Notes under the pieces: generated by a model
Told to the model about the DNA's origin: nothing
Databases searched by the model: none
The model's input: the letters and a program-made list of their open reading frames with translations, nothing else
Shown: positions 1 through 8,640 of the stretch, piece after piece
Layout of the letters: the number at the start of each line of letters is the position of its first letter
Position numbering within the stretch: position 1 is the stretch's first letter
Program-made: the position numbers and the translations under genes
Origin: an uncultured Gemmatimonadales bacterium
GTDB lineage: Bacteria; Gemmatimonadota; Gemmatimonadetes; Longimicrobiales; Gaopeijiaceae
NCBI GenBank assembly: GCA_963809895.1
Contig: CAWELD010000003.1
Location: 2,752,001-2,816,000 of the forward strand
Length of the DNA stretch: 64,000 nucleotides
Direction of reading: 5' to 3'

Positions 1-1
1 G

Positions 2-814
2 TGCGAGGTCATCGTCCCGGCAGTGATTCCCTGCGGTCGTTGCGACCTCTGCCGGAGCGGGCGAGGCAACGTGTGCCGGTCGCAGAAGATGCCGGGCAAC
101 GACATGGACGGGGGATTCGCGGACCGGGTCCGGGTGCCGGGGTCCAGCCTGTGTCTGGTGGACGACCGCGGCGGCTACGACCTGGCCGAGCTGTCGGTGG
201 TGGCCGATGCCGTCACCACACCCTACCAGGCGGTGGTCCGGAGCGGGCTGCAGGCAGGAGACCTGGCCATCGTCGTGGGCGCCGGCGGGGTCGGCACCTA
301 CTGCGTGCAGATCGCCGCGGCGTTCGGGGCGCATGTCATCGCGCTGGACGTGGACTCCCATCGCCTCCTGGCGCTGGAAGGTCACGGCATGCGCATGGGC
401 CTCGATCCCTCGGAGATGGATCCCCGGGAGCTCAAGAAGACCGTGGGCGCCGCGGCCCGCGAGTGGGGTGCGCCGTCCCATTCCTGGAAGATCTTCGAGT
501 GCTCGGGCAACGTCCGTGGACAGGAGACGGCCTTCGGCCTGCTCACCCACGCCGCCGTCCTGATGGTGGTGGGATTCACCCTGGACCGCGGCACCTTCCG
601 TCTCAGCAACCTCATGGCCTTCGATGCCACGGCGCAGGGCTCCTGGGGTTGCCTCCCCGAGCTGTATCCCGCGGCGCTGGAGCTCATCACCAACGGCCGC
701 ATCACCCTCCGTCCCTTCGTCGAGATCCATCCGCTGGAGCAGGGAGATCAGGTGCTCCAGCAGGTGGCCGCACACGCGATCCGGCGACGGGCCATCCTCG
801 TGCCCGAGGCATGA
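2..814 (+). CDS. had: 6-hydroxycyclohex-1-ene-1-carbonyl-CoA dehydrogenase (Zn-dependent MDR), 5'-truncated by window edge
   Basis: Structural Zn motif CGRCDLC..C, GAGGVG Rossmann motif, RLSNLMAFDA..GSWGC tail typical of Had; directly upstream of oah. Confidence 0.88.
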   Translation, partial: CEVIVPAVIPCGRCDLCRSGRGNVCRSQKMPGNDMDGGFADRVRVPGSSLCLVDDRGGYDLAELSVVADAVTTPYQAVVRSGLQAGDLAIVVGAGGVGTYCVQIAAAFGAHVIALDVDSHRLLALEGHGMRMGLDPSEMDPRELKKTVGAAAREWGAPSHSWKIFECSGNVRGQETAFGLLTHAAVLMVVGFTLDRGTFRLSNLMAFDATAQGSWGCLPELYPAALELITNGRITLRPFVEIHPLEQGDQVLQQVAAHAIRRRAILVPEA

Positions 815-840
815 CCCATCGCTCAGGAGGACTACGAACC

Positions 841-1959
841 ATGCTGAAGAGCCACACCCTGGTCCCGGACAGGGACTTCTCGGAGATCCGCTACGAGCTG
901 CGACCGGCCCGTGATCCCTCGGGCAATGCCGTGGACGGCCTGTTCAACGCCTGGATCGTCCTGGACAACGCGGAGCAGTTGAACAGCTACACCACCGACG
1001 CCGTGAAGGAGATCATCCTGGCCTTCCGCCAGGCCAGCATGGATCGGCGGGTGGTGGCGTGCGTCTTCACCGCCACCGGGGACCGTGCCTTCTGCACGGG
1101 CGGCAATACCAGGGAGTACGCCGAGTACTACGCCGGCAATCCCCAGGAATACAAGCAGTACATGCGGCTCTTCAACGACATGATCGACGCCATCCTGCGC
1201 TGCGACAAGCCGGTCGTCAATCGGGTAAACGGCATGCGCATCGGGGGCGGCCAGGAGATCGGCATGGCCTGCGACTTCAGCATCGCGGCCGACACGGCAC
1301 GCTTCGGCCAGGCGGGTCCGAAGCACGGCTCGGCGCCCGACGGCGGTTCCACCGACTTCCTGCCGCTCTACGTGGGCTTCGCCCGCGCCATGGAAAGCGG
1401 GGTGCTGTGCGAGACCTGGAGCGCACACAAGGCCATGCACTACGGCCTGTTGAACCAGATCGTGCCGGCGCTGAAGCTGGACGGCCGCTGGATCCCGAAT
1501 CCCATGGTGGTGACGGACCGCATGCTGGACGAGATGGGCAACCTCGTCTACGGCGACTTCAAGACCGGCGCCGACCGCGCCACCGCCAAGGAGACCCTCG
1601 CCCGGGCCGAGTCCGACCTGAGCCTCCTGGACGAGGCCGTGGAGGCACTGTGCACGAAGCTCCTGCTGCTGATGCCGGACTGCACCTCGAAGACCGTGAA
1701 CAGCCTGCGCAAGCACAAGCAGTGGCTGTGGGACGTGAACAGCGTCACCAACCGGGAGTGGCTGGCGCTCAACATGATGACCGAGGCTCGGGCCGGCTTC
1801 CGGGCGTTCAACGAGGGGCCCAAGGGAGATCGCGAGGTGGACTTCATCAAGCTGCGCCAGCTGCTGGCCCAGGGGCATCCGTGGAACGACGAGCTGCTGC
1901 GCGCCATCTCCCCTCAATACCGCGAGCGCGCCGAAGACGGCGTGCCCGCCGGCGTGTGA
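841..1959 (+). CDS. oah: 6-oxocyclohex-1-ene-1-carbonyl-CoA hydrolase (ring-opening crotonase)
   Basis: NSYTT, AFCTGGNTREYAEYYAG and GGGQEIGMACD/GPKHGSAPDGGSTDFL motifs; AGGAGG RBS before ATG 841. Confidence 0.93.
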   Translation: MLKSHTLVPDRDFSEIRYELRPARDPSGNAVDGLFNAWIVLDNAEQLNSYTTDAVKEIILAFRQASMDRRVVACVFTATGDRAFCTGGNTREYAEYYAGNPQEYKQYMRLFNDMIDAILRCDKPVVNRVNGMRIGGGQEIGMACDFSIAADTARFGQAGPKHGSAPDGGSTDFLPLYVGFARAMESGVLCETWSAHKAMHYGLLNQIVPALKLDGRWIPNPMVVTDRMLDEMGNLVYGDFKTGADRATAKETLARAESDLSLLDEAVEALCTKLLLLMPDCTSKTVNSLRKHKQWLWDVNSVTNREWLALNMMTEARAGFRAFNEGPKGDREVDFIKLRQLLAQGHPWNDELLRAISPQYRERAEDGVPAGV

Positions 1960-1990
1960 CGGCGCGCCGGAACCGCAAGGAGTCGCGACC

Positions 1991-2743
1991 GTGGATCTGG
2001 GACTCGACGGAAAGGTTGCACTGGTCACCGGCGCTCGCCGGGGCATCGGGGCCGCCGTGGCCCGGACCCTCGCCCGGGAGGGGTGTGACGTTGCCGTGCT
2101 GGACCGCGAGACCGGCCCGGAGACCGAGAGCGTGCTCAACCACATCACCGGCCTCGGCCGCCAGGGGCTGGCGCTGGCGGCAGACGTGCGGGACCTGGAC
2201 GCGGCGGACGAAGCCGTCGCCCGGGTGGTGGAGGAGCTCGGGAGCCTGGACGTGCTGGTGTGCAGCGCCGGCGTCGCCCGGGACCGGACCTCGTGGCGCA
2301 TGAGTGAGGAGGAGTGGGACGAGGTGATCGACGTGAATCTGAAGGGGACGTTCGCCTACGCCCGTGCGGCCGGTCGCCTCATGCGCACCCGCGGGCGCGG
2401 GGGACGCATCGTCACCATCACCTCCATCAACGGACTGAGAGGCAAGTTCGGTCAGGCGAACTACGCCGCCTCCAAGGCAGGCGTGGTGGGCCTGACCAAG
2501 ACCCTGGCCCGGGAGCTGGGGCCGGCCGGCGTCACGGTGAACGCCGTGGCGCCGGGGCTCGTGCGCACCGAAATGACCCGGGGCCTCGACCCGGCCTTCG
2601 TCACGGCAGCCATGCAGGAGACCGTGCTCGGCCGGGTGGCGGACCCCGAAGACGTGGCGGAGGTCGTGGCCTTCCTCGCCTCGGACGGCGCCCGCCACGT
2701 CACGGGCCAGATCGTGCGCGTGGACGGGGGACAGTACATCTGA
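1991..2743 (+). CDS. Short-chain dehydrogenase/reductase (FabG-like, BzdZ-like by context)
   Basis: TGARRGIG, YAASK and NAVAPG motifs; inside the benzoyl-CoA operon. Confidence 0.88.
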   Translation: MDLGLDGKVALVTGARRGIGAAVARTLAREGCDVAVLDRETGPETESVLNHITGLGRQGLALAADVRDLDAADEAVARVVEELGSLDVLVCSAGVARDRTSWRMSEEEWDEVIDVNLKGTFAYARAAGRLMRTRGRGGRIVTITSINGLRGKFGQANYAASKAGVVGLTKTLARELGPAGVTVNAVAPGLVRTEMTRGLDPAFVTAAMQETVLGRVADPEDVAEVVAFLASDGARHVTGQIVRVDGGQYI

Positions 2744-2778
2744 TGTGCCCGCCTGTGGAGGCGGGAGGAGAGCCAACC

Positions 2779-3537
2779 ATGTCTGTGCAGGTGTCGATGG
2801 ACGGCGCCGTGGCGCGCCTGACCCTCCACGACCCTCCCCTGAACATCCTGACCCGTAAGACCCTGGTCCGCATCCGGGACCACGTGGGCCGCCTGGCCCG
2901 GGAGTCCGGTGTCCGCGCGCTCATCGTAGGGGCCGACGGCGAGAACTTCTCCGCCGGCGCCTCGGTCCAGGAGCACCTTCCCCCGGACCACGAGACGCTC
3001 ATCCCCGAGTTCACCGCCACGATCCAGGCCGTGCGCGACTTCCCGCTGCCCGTTGTGGCCGCGGTGCGCGGGCGTTGTCTGGGGGGAGGCTTCGAGCTGA
3101 TCCTGGCCGCCGACATGGTGGTGGCCGGCGAGGCGGCCGTCTTCGGCGTGCCGGAGATCCGTCTGGGCGTCTTCCCCCCCGCGGCGTGCGCCCTGCTTCC
3201 CGGCCGCATCCCCGCGGGGATGGCCGCCGAGCTGCTCTTCACCGGAGGGACCGTGGACGCGGCCAGCGCGGTCCGGGCCGGCCTGGTCCACCAGGTCGTC
3301 CCCACGGACCGGGTGGACGCCACCGCCATCGAGCTCGCGCGCCGCGTGGCCCGGAACAGCGGGGCGGCGCTCCGGGCCGCCAAGGCGGCGCTACGCGCGG
3401 CTGAAGGTGGCAGCATCGACGCCGCGCTCGGGCAGGCGGAAGCCATCTACCTCACCGACCTCATGAACACGCACGACGCCCTCGAAGGCCTCCACGCCTT
3501 CGTGGAAAAGCGCCGGCCCCAATGGAGCGACCGATGA
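2779..3537 (+). CDS. dch: Cyclohexa-1,5-diene-1-carbonyl-CoA hydratase (crotonase)
   Basis: FSAGASVQEH, CLGGGFEL, PEIRLGVFPP motifs; RBS GGAGGAG; ATGA overlap with bcrC. Confidence 0.85.
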   Translation: MSVQVSMDGAVARLTLHDPPLNILTRKTLVRIRDHVGRLARESGVRALIVGADGENFSAGASVQEHLPPDHETLIPEFTATIQAVRDFPLPVVAAVRGRCLGGGFELILAADMVVAGEAAVFGVPEIRLGVFPPAACALLPGRIPAGMAAELLFTGGTVDAASAVRAGLVHQVVPTDRVDATAIELARRVARNSGAALRAAKAALRAAEGGSIDAALGQAEAIYLTDLMNTHDALEGLHAFVEKRRPQWSDR

Positions 3538-4703
3538 CCGTGACCGAGCTGTTCCCCTCGTGGCGAGGCCACTCCCTGGACGGTCTGCTGGCCGCCTGCC
3601 GCGAGCTCCTGGAGGACACGGATTTTCCCACGGTGCGTCGCTGGCGAGACGACGGCGGCAAGGTCGTGGGTCACTTCCAGGTCTACTTCCCGGAAGAGAT
3701 CGTACATGCCGCCGGCCTGCTCCCCTTCAGGGTGCGCGGCGCGCCGGTGGAGCCGCTGCAGTCCGACTCCCGCTTCGGCTCGTACCTCTGTTCCATCATC
3801 AAGACCTCGCTGGAGCTGGCCCTGAGCAACCGGGTGCGCCTCGATCTGTTCGTGACGCATCCCATCTGCGACGCGGCCCGCAACCTGGCCGGAGTCTGGG
3901 GCCGCAACGCCGACTACCGCTGCGAGATCCTCTATCTGCCACAGCACGCCACGTCGGTCCACGCCCCCGACTATCTGAAGGGCGAGTACGCGCGGCTTCT
4001 GGCCGAGGTCGAGGAGCTCGCCGGCCACCGGGTCGGCGACGAGAGCCTGCGAGCGTCCATCGAGGTCTACAACGAGAACCGGGCCCTCCTCCGCGAGCTC
4101 TACGTCATCAAGCGCGAGACCCCGTGGCTGATCGCGGCGGACGAGGCCTACGTGCTCACGGCCATCGGGGGGCTCCTGCTCCGGGAGGAGCACAACGAGA
4201 TCCTGCGGACCGTGCTGCCCATGGTGCGCGAGCGCCAGACGCGCAAGCTGGACCGCATCCGCGTGGTCATGGAGGGCGGGTTCTGCGAGCAGCCGCCGCT
4301 GGATCTGATCCGCGCCGTCGCCCGCTCCTGCTACGTGGTGGACGACGACCTGCTCATCGGTCTGCGCTGGATCCTCGACGACGTGCCCACCGACGGGGAC
4401 CCCCTGCTCGCTCTGGCCCGGGCCTACCTGGACCAGAGCAGCTACAGCCCGGTGCAGCACGACGATCGCAAGCCGAAGGAGGAGATGCTCATGGCGCGGA
4501 TCCGCGAGGCCCGCGCCGATGCGGCCATCGTCACCGCCGCCAAGATGTGCGAGCCGGGGCTGGAGGAGCAGGTCACGTACACGCGCCGTCTGGACAAGGC
4601 GAACGTGCCCTACTTCGTCAGCGAGTTCGAAGAGAACATGACCAGCTTCGACCACCTGGAGATCCAGCTCGAGACGTTCGTCGAGAACCTGATGTTCGAT
4701 TAG
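3534..4703 (+). CDS. bcrC: Class I benzoyl-CoA reductase subunit C (2-hydroxyacyl-CoA dehydratase family)
   Basis: PEEIVHAAG, SYLCSI, HPICDAARNL, GFCEQPP, KMCEPGL motifs; operon context. Confidence 0.88.
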   Translation: MTVTELFPSWRGHSLDGLLAACRELLEDTDFPTVRRWRDDGGKVVGHFQVYFPEEIVHAAGLLPFRVRGAPVEPLQSDSRFGSYLCSIIKTSLELALSNRVRLDLFVTHPICDAARNLAGVWGRNADYRCEILYLPQHATSVHAPDYLKGEYARLLAEVEELAGHRVGDESLRASIEVYNENRALLRELYVIKRETPWLIAADEAYVLTAIGGLLLREEHNEILRTVLPMVRERQTRKLDRIRVVMEGGFCEQPPLDLIRAVARSCYVVDDDLLIGLRWILDDVPTDGDPLLALARAYLDQSSYSPVQHDDRKPKEEMLMARIREARADAAIVTAAKMCEPGLEEQVTYTRRLDKANVPYFVSEFEENMTSFDHLEIQLETFVENLMFD

Positions 4704-4725
4704 CGACCTGCCTGAGGAGACGACC

Positions 4726-6036
4726 ATGGTGGATCGAGGAGCCACCGCGAGCCCGGTGGGCCGCGGCAACAAGGAAGGTGCCCGCCTCTTCAGCGACTGG
4801 TTCGCGGATCTGACGCGGGCCGCCGAAGAAGGGCGGGGAGCCGCCTACGTGTTCGTCATGGGGAGCCTGGCGGAGCTGCTGCGTTGCTTCGACCTCCCCG
4901 TGGTCTTCCCGGAGATCAACTCTCTGCAGACCGCCGTGCGGCACGTGGCCCACGAGTATCTGAACGAGGCCGAGGACTACGGCTACTCGCCGGACATCTG
5001 CGGCTACGTGAAGGCCGACGTGGCAACGCAGCTCCGGGGAGGCACGCTCCCCATGGGCCGCGTTCCGAAGCCCGCGCTCGCCGTCTACACCAACGCGTGC
5101 AACACCTACATCAAGTGGGCCGAGATCTGGGAGCGCATGTACGAGGTGCCCACCATCACCATCGACGTGCCGGGCACCCGCGCGGCCGGCGACGCCATGG
5201 GCGCCGCCGATCCCGCCTGGGACAACGACCTGCGCTACGTGCTGGGACAGCTCCGCGAGCTGATCCCGGTGCTGGAGGAGCGCAGCGGCGTGGCCTTCGA
5301 CATCGACCGCCTGCGCGAGACGCTGGGGCACGCCAACACCATGAGCCGCGGGTGGAAGCGCGTGCTGGAGCTGAACCAGTCACGCCCGGCCCTCTTCAAC
5401 GCCCTCACCGACGGCACCATCTATCTGGGAGTCTCCAACTGTCTCAGGGGGACGCCCGAGGGCGCGGCCTACTTCGACGACCTCGTCGAGGAGATGGAGT
5501 ACAAGCGAGCCCACGGCATCGGCACGCTCACCGAAGAGGAGCACCGGCTGACGTTCGTCGGGGTGCCCTGCTATCCGATCTTCCGGCGCTTCGGCGAGCT
5601 CTTCAGCGAGTGGGGCGGCACCTTCGTCACCTCCACCTACCTGCAGTTCGCGTCCGGAGGCGCCAACGACGGCTTCCAGTACGACCTGGAGCGACCGCTG
5701 GAGTCCCTGGCGGAAGGACTGCTGCGCGGGGTGCGCTCGGCCATGGACAGCATGTTCTTCCAGACCGACGCCCTGCTGAAGATGGTGGACGACTTCGACG
5801 TGGACGGCATCGTCTATCATCCCATCAAGAGCTGCCGCACGGTGTCCACGGGCCTGGCGGACAACCGCCGGGCCGTCATGGAGCGCCGCGACGTCCCGAG
5901 CCTCTTCATCGAGTCGGACATGATGGATCGGCGCGTGGTGTCCGAAGCCCAGCTCAAGAACCGCATCGACGCCTTCTTCGAGGGCCTGGCCGCACGCAAG
6001 CAGCAAGCGGCCGCGTCGGGCGGCCCTCTCGCATAA
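4726..6036 (+). CDS. bcrB: Class I benzoyl-CoA reductase subunit B
   Basis: [31 protein letters not shown] and IESDMMD motifs matching the BcrB pattern. Confidence 0.88.
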   Translation: MVDRGATASPVGRGNKEGARLFSDWFADLTRAAEEGRGAAYVFVMGSLAELLRCFDLPVVFPEINSLQTAVRHVAHEYLNEAEDYGYSPDICGYVKADVATQLRGGTLPMGRVPKPALAVYTNACNTYIKWAEIWERMYEVPTITIDVPGTRAAGDAMGAADPAWDNDLRYVLGQLRELIPVLEERSGVAFDIDRLRETLGHANTMSRGWKRVLELNQSRPALFNALTDGTIYLGVSNCLRGTPEGAAYFDDLVEEMEYKRAHGIGTLTEEEHRLTFVGVPCYPIFRRFGELFSEWGGTFVTSTYLQFASGGANDGFQYDLERPLESLAEGLLRGVRSAMDSMFFQTDALLKMVDDFDVDGIVYHPIKSCRTVSTGLADNRRAVMERRDVPSLFIESDMMDRRVVSEAQLKNRIDAFFEGLAARKQQAAASGGPLA

Positions 6037-6046
6037 GGAGACCCTC

Positions 6047-6865
6047 ATGGCATACGCAGCGGGCGTGGACGTGGGATCCACGCAGACCAAGGCGGTGATC
6101 GTCGACGAGGCCGGGACCATCGTGGCCCGGGCGCTGGTCGAGACCGGCGCCAACGTGATCCGGGCGGCGGAGAACGCCTTCAGCACGGCGCTGGAGTCCG
6201 GCAACCTCACCGAAGAGGAGGTGGAGTTCGTGGTGGGTACCGGCTACGGCCGCTACAAGGTGACCTTCGGCAACACGCAGGTCACCGAGATCAGCTGCCA
6301 CGGCCGGGGCGCGGTGCACATGTTCCCCGGTACCCGGACGGTGGTGGACATGGGGGGGCAGGACACCAAGGCCATCAGCGTCTCGGAGCGGGGCGAGATC
6401 CTGGACTTCTGCATGAACGACAAGTGCGCCGCGGGCACCGGCCGCTTCCTGGGGGCGGCGTCCAGCGCGTTGAGCATCCCCCTGGACGACCTGGGACCCA
6501 CGGCGCTCCGTGGCGAGAAGCCGGTGAAGATCAGCACCACCTGCACGGTGTTCGCCGAGTCCGAGGTCCTGTCCTGGCTGGGCAAGGGCAAGAAGATCGA
6601 GGACATCCTCCTGGGCGTGCACAAGTCCATCGCCGCCCGCTCGGCCGGGCTGCTCCGCCGCGTGGGTGTCCAGGAGGCCGTCACCTTCACCGGCGGGGTC
6701 GCCCGCAACACGGCCATGGTGGCGTCGCTGGAGGAGCGCCTGGGCCTGACGCTCAACGTCAGCGAGGACTCCCACTACATGGGTGCGCTGGGCGCGGCGC
6801 TGTTCGCGCTGGATCACGTGCTGGGGGCCCGGTCTCCCGCGCGGACAACCACGGAGGCGGAATGA
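6047..6865 (+). CDS. bcrA: Benzoyl-CoA reductase ATP-binding electron-activation subunit (short; BcrA position)
   Basis: ASKHA fold: [38 protein letters not shown]; symbol assigned by position only. Confidence 0.8.
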   Translation: MAYAAGVDVGSTQTKAVIVDEAGTIVARALVETGANVIRAAENAFSTALESGNLTEEEVEFVVGTGYGRYKVTFGNTQVTEISCHGRGAVHMFPGTRTVVDMGGQDTKAISVSERGEILDFCMNDKCAAGTGRFLGAASSALSIPLDDLGPTALRGEKPVKISTTCTVFAESEVLSWLGKGKKIEDILLGVHKSIAARSAGLLRRVGVQEAVTFTGGVARNTAMVASLEERLGLTLNVSEDSHYMGALGAALFALDHVLGARSPARTTTEAE

Positions 6866-7689
6866 GCACGTACACGGCGGGCATCGACGTGGGCTCGACC
6901 TACACCAAGGCGGTCCTGGCGGACGAAAACAGCGCCATCGTGGGCATGGCGATCCGGCCCACCGGCTTCCGCCTGGCCGAGGTGGCCTCGGAGACGCTGG
7001 GTTCCGCGCTGGCCGAAGCGGGCCTCGTGCGTTCGGACATCGCCTACACCGTCACCACCGGCTTCGGACGGCACCAGACGGACATCGCCGACGTGGAGGT
7101 CACGGACCTCACCGCCGCGGCCCGGGGAGCCGCGGCGCTCTTCCCGAACACCCGGACCATCCTGGACGTGGGTGGCCAGACCATGAAAGCCACTCGCCTG
7201 GGCGAGGGCGCCAAGGTCCGCTCGTTCCGGCTCAACGACAAGTGCGCCGCCGGCACCGGCGCCTTCCTGGAGAAGACCGCCCGCTACATGGGCTTCAGCA
7301 CCGAAGAGATCGGGCCGTTGGTGGCGACCTCGAAAGACGTGGTGCCCATCTCCGGCGTGTGCGCGGTCTTCGCCGAGTCCGAGGTCATCAACCACCTCTC
7401 CCAGGGCGCCGCGCCGGCCGACATCATGCACGGCGCCATCGTCTCGCTGGTCGGGCGCTCGATGCAGCTCATGAAGCGCGTGCGCATGGAGCCCGAATTC
7501 ACGCTCATCGGCGGCATCCTTCGCTTCCGCACCATGGCGGACGTGATCCGCCGGGAGCTGGATGCCGAGGTCAACGTGCCGGACGGCGATCTGGTGCAGT
7601 TCACCGCGGCACTGGGTGCGGCGCTGCTCGGACAGCGTCGACTGGCGCGCCTGGGCGGCCGGGACGCCCTGGGCGCCGTCGAAGCGTAG
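6862..7689 (+). CDS. bcrD: Benzoyl-CoA reductase ATP-binding electron-activation subunit (BcrD position)
   Basis: [36 protein letters not shown] overlap with the previous gene; symbol assigned by position only. Confidence 0.8.
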   Translation: MSTYTAGIDVGSTYTKAVLADENSAIVGMAIRPTGFRLAEVASETLGSALAEAGLVRSDIAYTVTTGFGRHQTDIADVEVTDLTAAARGAAALFPNTRTILDVGGQTMKATRLGEGAKVRSFRLNDKCAAGTGAFLEKTARYMGFSTEEIGPLVATSKDVVPISGVCAVFAESEVINHLSQGAAPADIMHGAIVSLVGRSMQLMKRVRMEPEFTLIGGILRFRTMADVIRRELDAEVNVPDGDLVQFTAALGAALLGQRRLARLGGRDALGAVEA

Positions 7690-7708
7690 CCCCCGACACG
7701 ACACGCCC

Positions 7709-7993
7709 ATGGACGACGACGCACGAGACCGGCTGGCCCATCTCGCCGAGCTGGAGGCCTGGAAGGCCCGCATGGCGGGTAGCATCCAGTCCGATCCCGC
7801 ACGTCTGGCCGCAGGCTGGGAGCGCCGCTTCGTGACCGAGGGCACCCGGGCGGACGAAGCCGCGGCGCTCTACCGCGAGCTGGGCTTCGAGGTAGCGGTC
7901 GACGAGGTGCGCCCCGGCGACCTGGCGGACGAATGCGAGAGCTGCCAACTCGTCGCCATGCTCAAATTCCGGGTGCTGTACACGCGGCGGTAG
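7709..7993 (+). CDS. Small hypothetical protein (94 aa) with GWERRF motif and C-terminal CxxC
   Basis: ATG 19 nt after the bcrD stop, same strand, GC3-rich codons; CESC motif and LYTRR end. Confidence 0.75.
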   Translation: MDDDARDRLAHLAELEAWKARMAGSIQSDPARLAAGWERRFVTEGTRADEAAALYRELGFEVAVDEVRPGDLADECESCQLVAMLKFRVLYTRR

Positions 7994-8014
7994 AACGGTG
8001 TCGAAGGGCGGCGG

Positions 8015-8509
8015 CTACCCCTCGCCACTCCGCTGGCCGAACTGCCGGTCCAGCATGAGAAGCGCGGCGTCGTTGTCGCCGGCGCGGGTGAGAAGGTCCA
8101 CGGCGCGCTGCGCGCTCTCCTCTTCCTCCACCTGCTCGGTCACGAACCAGTCCAGCGCCCGCATGGTGGCGAGATCGCTGTGCTGCTGGGCCAGAGCGTA
8201 CAGGCGATGGATGGACGCGGTAACCGCCTGCTCGTGCTCCAGCGCCTTCTCGAAGGCATCCCGCGGACGGCCGAAATCCGACGGCGGCTTGCCCACGGCC
8301 TGCAGCAGGACCCGCCCCCCACGTTGATTCACGTAGTCGAAGAGGCGCATGGCGTGGGCCAACTCTTCGCTGGCCTGGAGCCGCATCCACTGGGCGAATC
8401 CTTCGTAATTGTCGGCCTCGAACTGGGCCGCCATGCTCAGGTAGACGTAGCCGGACGACAACTCCATCCGGATCTGGTCGTTCAGGGCGTCGAGCACCGC
8501 TTCGTTCAT
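8015..8509 (-). CDS. ftnA: Non-heme ferritin
   Basis: LNDQIRMEL.S.YVYLSM, EELAHAM, WFVTEQVEEE ferroxidase pattern; 164 aa. Confidence 0.92.
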   Translation of the reverse strand: MNEAVLDALNDQIRMELSSGYVYLSMAAQFEADNYEGFAQWMRLQASEELAHAMRLFDYVNQRGGRVLLQAVGKPPSDFGRPRDAFEKALEHEQAVTASIHRLYALAQQHSDLATMRALDWFVTEQVEEEESAQRAVDLLTRAGDNDAALLMLDRQFGQRSGEG

Positions 8510-8640
8510 GATCGCTCCCGGGTTGTCGATGGCCCGAAATGAGGGAGGGGGGCCGAGTCGATGACCCGTACCCCCCTGCCCTGTCCCGGTGCCGACGCTC
8601 ACGCGTGCGCGCCCGCCGGTCCCACCCTCGGCCGCGTCGG

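Noticed and set aside
1..840. N-terminal 280 aa of the 652-aa ORF 1..1959
   Set aside because: Shadow frame over had; the real oah start is ATG 841 with an RBS
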